Assembly: GCF_006345805.1 (NCBI RefSeq)
Contig: NC_043000.1
Span: 129,332,001 to 129,396,000 of the forward strand
DNA length: 64,000 nt
Origin: Octopus sinensis
Taxonomy: Eukaryota
Reading direction: 5' to 3'
The notes below the pieces were generated by a model. It was given only the letters and a program-made list of their open reading frames with translations, did not search any database and was not told the origin of the DNA. Numbering within the stretch: position 1 is the first letter of the stretch; the number at the start of each line of letters is the position of its first letter. This document shows positions 35,610 to 46,800 of the stretch, in pieces. A program made the translations under genes and the position numbers.

Positions 35610-36399
35610 GTATATATATACGACAGGCTTCTTTCTGTCTCTGTCTACCAAATCCACTCACAGGGTTTTGGTCAGCCCAAGGCTATGGTAGAAAGCACTT
35701 GTGCAAGGTATAATGCAGTGGGACTGAACCCAGAATTATCATCATCCTTTAAAATGGATGTTAAAGGATGATAATGATGGTGTGTGTGTGTGTCTATATA
35801 GACATATATACATCATTTGTACATATGCACACACATGCACACAAATATATATACACACAGAGGAAATAGCTGGGATTTACTCTAACTACTTATTGAAAGC
35901 TTAGCCAGAACATCAAAACATCAAAAGCAAGCTAGAAATAATTCTGTGCTGTAGACAAATATAATATTGCTCATGTAATAATATATTTTTTCTTATTATT
36001 TTGGCAAATAAGAAAGTAGCAAGCTGGCAGAATCATTAGCAGCTGGGCAAAATGCATCACAGCATTTTGTCTGTTTTTTACATTTTGAGTTCAAATTTTG
36101 CCGAGGTTAAATTTGCCCTTCAGCCTTTTGGGGACAATAAAATAAGTACCAGTTGAACACTGAAGTCGATGTAATTGACTCATCCCCTCCCCTGAAATTG
36201 CTGCTGTTGTGGAAAAATTTTGGCAAATAAGGCAGATATTTTTGGGCATATTTTGGTATTATTATGAGTTCAGGAGTGAAGCATAAAATTCAGTTTTTAA
36301 AAAAATTCCTAAATAAATCTAAAACAATGTACACTAGCTAGTTGTCATAGAAAAAATAAACTAGAATTGTTTTATACACATGCACACACGTATGTATGC

Positions 36400-36433
<34 letters not shown>

Positions 36434-36455
36434 ATGTATGTATGTATGTGCGTGC

Positions 36456-36491
<36 letters not shown>

Positions 36492-36899
36492 ATGTATGTA
36501 TGTATTAGAGTTCTAAGATCTTTTCGGTTTGAACAGCAGTTTTTTCTAGCGGTGTCATATGAAATTGTCACCCATAATTATGACCCTAGTATCGATCTAT
36601 TGCATTTCAATCTGTTTTAGGGTTAGGGTTAAGGTCAGGGGTGGGGGAAGGGTATCTTTTTTTCTTCACAAATGTAAATAAACTCAATCTGTTTCTTAAA
36701 CGAGGGATATATTCATACGGCACAGAATGTCTTTTTTTTTTTTTTACCTCAATAGACGTCAGTGATTGGTTGAAATTGCAGAAATTGAAGAAAAAAGATG
36801 TTTATTTTTCTGAAAGTTATGAGGAAACAAAGTCGAGGCAGGGAGCATAATTGTCACATTTTGTATATATATTTTTTAGTTACATAGTTCATCTTGTTT

Positions 36900-37401
36900 T
36901 CTTACACACGAAATTCAAGGAACGCCACTAATGCTACACACCAATTTCTTGCATTATATAACAGTATATAGAAAATTGCGAAACGGAATGAGTTCGTATT
37001 TTGAGAAGTGAACCTCAACGTTTTTGAATAGTGTAAATAATATATATGAACGTGTCTATCAGCTTGTTTGTACTGGAATATTTCCCATTTTCCGTCCAAA
37101 TTCTATAAATATATAAAACTATCGTCAAGAGAATTTGGACTAAAAACCGGAAGAAAGTTATCTCCCTTTAAAACAGTTTCGTTTTTAGTTTCAGAATTTT
37201 AACCGCCCGTTTCTGGCATTCATTTTTTTCATAATCGGGCTTGGTTACAAATCCAGTTAATCATGAAATTAGTAAGGTAAGTATTATATTATATGTTGTG
37301 AAATACGTTAAAGAAGAAGGAAAGGTGTATTTTAAAACATATATTTTTGTGTTAATATTTATTGTATGAAGATTATAGCGTGTAATAAAACTTCTTCCGG
37401 T
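36900..37401. promoter_or_regulatory. SNRPD1 promoter/5' region, possibly bidirectional
   Basis: Unique, relatively CpG-containing sequence upstream of the ATG. ETS/GABP-type ACCGGAAG at 37146-37153 (+) and 37394-37401 (-). Minus-strand GTAAGA donor at 36900-36905. Confidence 0.5.
37263..37276 (+). CDS. SNRPD1: SNRPD1 coding exon 1 (MKLV-R)
   Basis: ATGAAATTAGTAAG|gtaagt. Phase 2 matches exon 2. Confidence 0.93.
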
Positions 37402-40400
37402 TTCTGTCACGATGCTTTGTTGTAAACATGAAGTTTGAAAGTAATTTGTAAAAAGGCAAAACTCTGTAGAATAAACTTTATTTTCGGTTCCTTATTCGTA
37501 ATGCCTATGGCGAATAATTCATACTTAGCTTCATGGTAAATTGTCCTGTGTATTAATACGATTTATATTTGATAGGCAAGATACCGGCATAATTTCCATT
37601 TCTATTATCAAAAGTCTTATGCACGTTTTATTTACATTTTCTCATAATTTTACTTACATCTCCCAATATTCCATTTCCTACTTTGTATGCTGTGATAATT
37701 TTTATATATATATATATATATATTTATCTTCAAAGTGTCATCTGTTATAATGTTGAAAGTGTAAGCTCTGTATCTTGTGCAACTGATACAGAAATTGCAA
37801 GAGATCATCCTTATTCGTTAGCAAAATCTCATAGTTTAATTAGTTTAAGCAGTTGCAAAACATTATTAATGCCGATCCAGTTTTCTTTTTAACTCTTTGT
37901 AGTTAGTTATTTAGTTATTGTTTCCTTGTAGTTTTGTTAAAAATATACAGAACGAAATTAGCGTCGATTAGTGATAGAATTCGCTATTGTATTTCCCAGG
38001 TGACCCGTACTATATATGTACTCTTAGAGAAAGTATTAAATTATTGAAAACAGTTTTGTATTAAAAGTGGTATGTATAGTTGTATACGTTGTGTGTGTAA
38101 ACTGAGATAGCCATACGTACTTCTATAAAAACATATTCGTCATATTTTTATGTAAATTATTAAAGGCCTTCGACATCGCTATACACACAAGTGCTCTCAC
38201 TTCGTAGTTATTAATTCAAATGTTTATGTTTGGATAGTGGCCTAGTATTATTTCAAAATTTTCATATTTATTTTATGAGTAAATATACATCTCAACCATC
38301 ATTTTGGGATTGATATTAAGTTTCAGTATCGTTGTAGTAGCAACAACAATAATAATGATGATATTAATTCTAAGGGTCAATATGGAAACCTTCACCCGGG
38401 AACAGAAAAAAAAAATTAACCAACCTGCACCCACCAGGCTGGTTAATTTTTTTTTCTTGTTCCCGGGTGAGGATCTTCATATTGACCACTATTTTTTTCA
38501 GTTATCCGTTTTCATGATAAATTGATATGGAAAGCGTTTCTGCAATTGATTGAATATTCTTCCTAGGGTCATTGTTATTTCAAGTTCTATCATGACAAAC
38601 TAAGAAAAATCTGTGAAATCTATCCTTATTTATTGTAAAATTATGGTTTCAATATTCTGAAGAGTTAAAAAGCATGAATCGTGGAGAGGGTGGAATTAAA
38701 CACACCATTGGGATTTGAATGCAGATATGCAGGCATGACTGTGATGGACATAGGTGTAGTTGTGTGGTTAAGCAGTTCACTTCTCCAACAAGATAGTACC
38801 TTGCAGTTGTGAGTGCAACACCTTAATCACTAAGCCAATGCACCTTCATATATATATATATATATATATATCATCATTTAGTGTCTGTTTTCAATGCTGG
38901 CATGAGTTAGATGGTTTGACAGGGTCTGGTAAGTCAGAGAGCTGTACGATGCTCCAGTCTGATTTGACTTGGTTTCTACAGTTGAATGCCCTTCCTTATG
39001 CCAACCACTCCAAGAATATAGTAAGTGCTTCTTATGTTACGATTTCATTTGATGTGACATGTCTTCTCAAGCACACCAAATCGCCAAATTGCTTGATCAC
39101 ATGTCATTGCTTCCATGACCTCATAGGATGCTTCACCACCTCATCCTATGTCTTCCTGGGCCAACCTCTTCTATAGGTTCCCTCCACAGTTAGATCAGCA
39201 CTTCTTTACACAGCTGTCCTCACCTTGCTTATATGTATGTATTTATACACCACACATTCACACATGTATACACGTGTGTGCATACTTGTCTTAACATTGT
39301 GATAGTGTCACTGTTATAGAAATGTCCCCAATCTTCTGTGAAAGCTTGTCCAGTTATGGGGAAATATTACTTTGCCTGAAAACAAATGAGGTTTTGTGAC
39401 AGGAAGAGTATCTGGCTGATGAAAATATGCCTCAATGAATTTTGTCTGATTCATGCAAGCATGGCAAAGTGAGTTGTTAAAACTGATGATGATGATGGAC
39501 CTCATTTATGAAACTACATACTGTTATGTATATAGTGTAGCATTACTATTTCTACCAACACTCGTGCTCGTGCCACATAAAAAGCACCCTGTACATTTTG
39601 TGGAGTGGTTGGTGTTAGAAAGTGCATCCAACTGTAGAAACCATACCAGAACAGATATTGGGGTCTGGAGCAGCCCCTTGCCTTACCAGCTCTGGTCAAA
39701 TACCAACCCACGCCAGCATGGACAATGGACATTAAATGATGATATTAATTAAAGTAATAGTTTCTTGCATTGAAAGAAGTATAGGGTGGTTGTATCAAAC
39801 TGGAGTTTATTAACTCTGGATTTAATTAGTACAAAGTGACAGGTCAACTGAAATCAGTATACAAGGTGATACTTAGAGGGATGAAAGGTGAGATTGCTGC
39901 TGGCAATTTTTGTATGTGGAACAAAATATATGCTGTTGGGGGTTAAGTTAGGTGCCCCATTATTTCTGCCTAATGATGATAATAATATTGAAATTTATTC
40001 ATTTCAGATTTTTGATGAAACTCAGTCATGAGACTGTGACTATTGAATTAAAAAATGGCACCCTTGTACATGGAACCATCACAGGTCTGTTGTGTTATCA
40101 TACTTGTATAACTGTTTCATTTATCCTCTATTCAGTTATAATTTCAACTAATGATCTATTATATTTCCTGTCCATTTATATATTACTGTTATTTTCTTTA
40201 GTTAGATTGTCATAAAATGGCATCCCTTCCAAATAAATTTTATTTGTACCTTACAATGTTTCCTATTTATGATGCTGCATCATTTTAGTACTTGTTCATA
40301 TGAAATGAGAGTTCTATTTTGCTATATCACTGTCTTTTCAACTTTGTTTTCTTTGTGGATTAGGAAAATTCATTATTTACTCTTTACTTGTTTCAGTCAT

Positions 40401-43400
40401 TTGACTGCGGCCATCCTGGAGCACCACCTTTAGTCGAGCAAATCGACCCCAGGACTTATTCTTTGCAAGCTTAGTACTTATTCTATTGGTCTCATTTGCC
40501 GAACCGCTAAGTTACGGGGACGTAAACACACCAGCATCGGTTGTCAAGCGATGTTGTTGTTATTGCTTGAGTGATGGCGGTGATGATGACATTATAGGCC
40601 ATTGTTCTGATCTTTCAAACACCTCTGAAATAAAAAAAATAGTCTCCTACTTGAAAAACAGGTAAAGGTTAGCAACATGGAAAAAATCTGATTGTAAAAA
40701 TGCAGCCTGAAACAACTATCTCCCTAATTCCTGCTAGCATGGAAAAATGAACTAAATGAACAAACACCCCATCTATTATGCATCTTGTTTCATCAGCCAG
40801 TATGTGAATCTACATGGTTGCTTTATCTGTTAGAAATAGCAGCCAAATATCACTCAAATTACAGTTGGAATCTCTTTGATCATAAGTCTACTATATCAAA
40901 GCTGATTTGAGCTAAACTTCAACAATCACAACAACTTGATCCTCTATATAATCTTGTGGATTATGTAGTTTTTGGTGTTCAGCTTCTGGTCATTCCTGAT
41001 TCTATAGAGATATACTCTTTTACGCTTTTCAGTCATTTGACTGTGGCCATGCTGGAGCACCGCCTTTAGTCGAGCAAATCGACCCCAAGACTTATTCTGT
41101 GTAAGCCTAGTACTTATTCTATCGGTCTCTTTTGCCGAATCGCTAAGTTACGGGGAAGTAAACAAACCAGCATTGGTTGTCAAGCGATGTTGGGGGGCAA
41201 GCACAGACACAATACACACACATACATCATCATCATCATCGTTTAACATCCGTTCTCCATGCTAGCATGGGTTGGACGGTTCGACCGGGGATCTGGGAAG
41301 CCAGAAGGCTGCACCAGGCTCCAGTCTTATCTGGCAATGTTTCTACAGCTGGATGCCCTTCCTAACGCCAACCACTCCGTGAGTGTAGTGGGTGCTTTTT
41401 ACGTGCCACCCGCACAGTATATATATACACACACACACACACTCACATACATACATATATACGACGGGCTTCTTTCAGTTTCCGTCTACCAAATCCACTC
41501 ACAAAGCTTTGGTTGGCTCGAGGCTATAGTAGAAGACATTTGTCTAAGGTACCATGCAGTAGGACTGATCCTGGAACCATGTGGTTCATAAGCAAGCCAC
41601 TTACCACACAGCCACTCCTACGTCTATAATCAAAAACTTTGTGGCCATCCCATCTTTTTTTCCAGAACGTTGCATCCAGCACAACATTATCCATGTATTT
41701 GTTTTAAGATAATTGTGCATGACTTGGAGTGTATTGTAGCAGGTTGTTTAATCAGATAGACTCTGCTTCAGAAGCTGTATCTCATTCTCGAGCTGTTTCT
41801 TTTGTGAGGTGATTTCAATCAGTCCAAGCTTATTTTTGTTAACCTTTGACCCAACTTATTCTAATGAATTTTTTCTTTAACTTATTTTATTTTAATGTTC
41901 TTCTCCCAGGTGTTGATGTCAGTATGAACACACACTTAAAAGCTGTAAAAATGACTCTAAAGAATAAGGATCCTGTACAGTTGGAGACATTAAGTATACG
42001 TGGTAACAACATCCGGTACTTCATTCTTCCAGACAGTTTGCCCTTGGATACATTACTCATTGACGACACACCAAAGGCTAAAGCCAAGAAGAAGGAAATG
42101 GGTAAGTTGCTATCAGCTCAGTGTTTGTTCATTTTATGTTGCTGATTCTTGTTTCTTTCCCTTTTTTAGTTTTCAGGCAGTGGAATGTGGCTATACTGGA
42201 TTATTGCCTTCAAGGGATTTAGTTAATTTTATCAGACCCAATACTTAATCTGCTATTTAGTGTATTGATCTCATAAAATATGAAATGCAAACTACACATT
42301 AACTTATTTTTTTCAAATAGACTTGCTTTTGTCTGCTCCATACTGATACAAGTATATATATATATATATATCATCATCATCATCATCGTTTAACGTCCGT
42401 TTTCCGCGCTAGCACGGGTTGGACGGTTCGACGGGGATCTGGGAAGCCAGAAGGCTGCACCAGGCTCCAGTCTTATCTGGCAATGTTTCTACAGCTGGAT
42501 GCCCTTCCTAACGCCAACCACTCCGTGAGTGTAGTGGGTGCTTTTTACGTGCCACCCGCACAGTTATATATACACACACACACACACACACACTCACATA
42601 CATACATATATACGACGGGCTTCTTTCAGTTTCCGTCTACCAAATCCACTCACAAAGCTTTGGTTGGCTCGAGGCTATAGTAGAAGACATTTGTCTAAGG
42701 TACCATGCAGTAGGACTGATCCTGGAACCATGTGGTTCATAAGCAAGCCACTTACCACACAGCCACTCCTACGTCTATAATCAAAAACTTTGTGGCCATC
42801 CCATCTTTTTTTCCAGAACGTTGCATCCAGCACAACATTATCCATGTATTTGTTTTAAGATAATTGTGCATGACTTGGAGTGTATTGTAGCAGGTTGTTT
42901 AATCAGATAGACTCTGCTTCAGAAGCTGTATATCATTCTCGAGCTGTTTCTTTTGTGAGGTGATTTCAATCAGTCCAAGCTTATTTTTGTTAACCTTTGA
43001 CCCAACTTATTCTAATGAATTTTTTCTTTAACTTATTTTATTTTAATGTTCTTCTCCAGGTGTTGATGTCAGTATGAACACACCTTAAAAGCTGTAAAAA
43101 TGACTCTAAAGAATAAGGATCCTGTACAGTTGGAGACATTAAGTATACGTGGTAACAACATCCGGTACTTCATTCTTCCAGACAGTTTGCCCTTGGATAC
43201 ATTACTCATTGACGACACACCAAAGGCTAAAGCCAAGAAGAAGAAGGAAATGGGTAAGTTGCTATCAGCTCAGTGTTTGTTCATTTTATGTTGCTGATTC
43301 TTGTTTCTTTCCCTTTTTTAGTTTTCAGGCAGTGGAATGTGGCTATACTGGATTATTGCCTTCAAGGGATTTAGTTAATTTTATCAGACCCAATACTTAA

Positions 43401-43824
43401 TCTGCTATTTAGTGTATTGATCTCATAAAATATGAAATGCAAACTACACATTAACTTATTTTTTTCAAATAGACTTGCTTTTGTCTGCTCCATACTGATA
43501 CAAGTATATATATATATATATATCATCATCATCATCATCGTTTAACGTCCGTTTTCCGCGCTAGCACGGGTTGGACGGTTCGACCGGGGTCTGGGAAGCC
43601 ATATATATATATAATAGAAATATTAAAATTACTAAGTCTCTCTAAAGGAGATTACGGCAGTGTTACTGGAAATTAATAGTTATTGCCATACTTATCTGGC
43701 AGTCTTATAAATATGGACGCAGGTTGTGTGTCAAATAGCTAGCTTGAGGCGGTGGCCTCTTGGAGCTAATCAGCGACAGCTTTAGTCTTATATTATAAGA
43801 CTGCCATATAAGTATGGCGATAAC

Positions 43825-43886
<62 letters not shown>

Positions 43887-46800
43887 GCATGTGTCTTAAT
43901 GGCTAGGGCATTCGGCTCACAATTGTATGCAGACTTTCTATGGTCGGATCCCCTTTTGGTTGCCAAGCCTCACCTGCTTCCAGACAAGGTAATATTTTCC
44001 TCCATGACCGGGCATGTTCTTGCAGAATACTGGAAATGAATAATACTGCTTGTATGACAATCATTCACAACTATCACATGATGTCAAGACAAGGAGACAC
44101 ACACACACACACATATGATGTGCCTCGTTTAGTTTCCATCTACCAAATTCATTCACAAGACTTTGGTCAACCTGAGGCTATAGTGGATGCCACTTACTCA
44201 AGGTGCCATGTGGTTGGGAGTAAACCTCTTAACCACACAGATACTCCTGCATTATCCTGTGTATATCAATTCATATAACAGCAGATTTCGAGACTGGCAG
44301 TCCATGGGAACTCTTTTATGCTAATGACCTACTTCTTGCATCAAATATAGAATCAAGAGGACTAAAATATACGTAACAAGGACAAAAGTTTTAGTTAGGA
44401 ACATAGAATGCAGAATTGCCATCTGGGGAATGGTTATACTTTGAAGGCTGAAAATGTGTAGTTGTGAACTTTTGTACTGTGTTCCAAATATAAACTATGT
44501 GTGAGCAAGAAATGTAGTGGGATCACAGGTAGGCTAATAGAAGGGCTTTGTATGCATAGGAGTAGTTAGTAATAGGGGCAGCCATAAAATGAATTCTTTC
44601 AAATACCCACAACAGCCTTTGTTGTGTAAGTAATCTAATTTGGAGTGAAAGAAGGTTTGTTCAAAGTGCTTCAGTATGGGATTGAACCCAGAACCAGGTG
44701 GTTACAAAGCAAACTTCTAACCTACACGGCCATGTATGTGTGCATGTTGCTAGATTTGTTTCATTACTACAAACCTTAAACTAGCATTACTCTTTTACTC
44801 GTTTCAGTCATTTGACTGCGGCCATACTGGAGCACTACCTTTAGTCAAGCAAATCGACCCCAGAACTTATTCTTTGTAAGCCTAGTACTTATTCTATCGG
44901 TCTATTTTGCCGAACCGCTAAGTTACAGGAATGTAAACACACCAGCATTGGTTGTCAAGCGATGTTGGGGTGACAAACACAGACACACAAACACACTCAT
45001 ATATATACATATATACGACGGGCTTCTTTCAGTTTCTGTCTACCAAATCCAGTCACAAGGCTTTGGTCGGCCCGAGGCTATAGTAGAAGACACTTGCCCA
45101 AGGTGCCATGCAGGACTGAACCTGGAACCATGTGATTGGTAAGCAAGCTACTTACCACGCAGCCACTCCTGCGCCTATATGTTAACTTTAATGCTAAAAA
45201 TCAATCACATTGTTGAGCCTCATGTCAGAACTAATAGTACAGACTTATTTTGCATAGGCGTTCCAGCCGTGACCATTCCACAGTGACTCTGAGAACATAC
45301 AAATCTTTAATTTTTTAAAGATGTGATTTAAGGAACATTTGGCTGCTATTCCTACCATTTAGATGCTTCCTCATTGGCTTGGCCAACCATAGAGTAAATA
45401 AAACATTGTATTTTGTAAAGATTACCTCATCCTAAGATAACCAATAATGTTTTCGCAATGTGGTAATGTTTATACAGATCAAGCATGCGGACTATGCAAC
45501 GTTTTTGTCTTGTTTGAAACTACATAATTTTTCTGTGTTTGTGTTGTGTAGAGTGTGTTATGGAATGAGGAGATGTCTCTTAGGAAGAGAGGTGCATGAA
45601 GTACATGAAGGGCATATATTCTGGTCATTTGTTGTCTAGTAAACCACCGTAGTGACTTATTACAGCATACTTATTTCTTTACTACCCACAAGGGGCTACA
45701 TACAGATGGGACGAACAAGGACAGACAAAGGGATTAAGTCAATTATATTGATCCCAGTTCATAACTGGTACTTATTTAATCGACCCCGAAAGGATGAAAG
45801 GCAAAGTCGACCTCGGCGAAATTTGAACTCAGAACGTAACAGCAGATGAAATATGGCTACGCATTTCACCCGGCATGCTAATCTTTCTGCCAGCTCGCCG
45901 CCTTCAAGCATACTGGTATTATAAACTGGTATTTGGTGCATAGCAGAAAGGATGGAGGTTTTACCAACACATAGTTCACACATCATTGCAAGCACTGCAT
46001 TTTACCCTCAGACAAAACATTTAATTTTATTGATGTAGCAAAAAAAATGTGATTAACTCTTTTGTTATCATATTTCTGCTGAAATACACTGCCATTGTTT
46101 CAAATAATTTTGAAAAAATGATGAATTTAGTAAAATAACTTTATCATTAACCCTTTGAGCTTGTAACACCGGTTTACTGGTGGATGGCTTATTTTTCTTT
46201 ATACCAAAGCACCGCTCTACTGGTGGAGTGCATCAGGAAGCCAAGTGTATGATCAAATAAGGTTCAAAGGGTTAAAGAAATAATGTTGAGAACTTAAAAT
46301 GTGAAGAGAAAATCATTAACTTTCTTTTTGCGTTGTAAAAACCTCTTGGCATTGTTTCTTTATTGTTTTCTTATATCATATTGCTTCATGTGAACTATGA
46401 TACTCAGCTTTGTGATTGTTTGATGGAAGGTTTTAATTTAGATTACTTTCAAACAAGAGGTTTGTATCATGGAATCGGGGTGTAATCTTGGGCTAGTTGG
46501 TATCAAAAGGTTTTATTAAATTTTTTAGTAAGAATGTGCTAAACCCAAGAGCAGTAAACACAAGTGTAGCTGTGTAGTTTTGTACATTTACTTTGTCATC
46601 ATGTAAGTTTATTCAACAAAAATCCCTTAAAGGCTTTGCAGTCTACTGACTGAAACTATTAAAAGAAATTAGCAAACTGACCATGACAAAAATGACCATA
46701 CTTAAGAACTGCTGAAATGGATGTTATCAGAAGTATAATTAAAGAAAGCTTATCTGTTACTCACAAGTGAGTATGACCTGGTAGCTGTGTAGTATGTTTG

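Larger units (their letters stand above)
41225..43600. repeat. tandem duplication of ~1.15 kb containing SNRPD1 exon 3
   Basis: Copy 1 41225-42371, copy 2 42372-43523, stub 43524-43600. Each unit starts at the (CAT)n end of an RTE 3'-UTR fragment. Confidence 0.93.

Noticed and set aside
36616-36640. TTAGGG repeats suggesting an interstitial telomere
   Set aside because: Only two perfect units, embedded in what appears to be a dispersed repeat.
37428-37446. Alternative SNRPD1 first exon ATGAAGTTTGAAA|gtaatt
   Set aside because: Wrong phase for exon 2 and encodes MKFE. The 37263 exon gives the conserved MKLVR with a perfect donor.
40578-40612. Intronic C/D box snoRNA (GTGATGA...CTGA)
   Set aside because: The boxes are only about 30 nt apart with no terminal stem. 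Too short.
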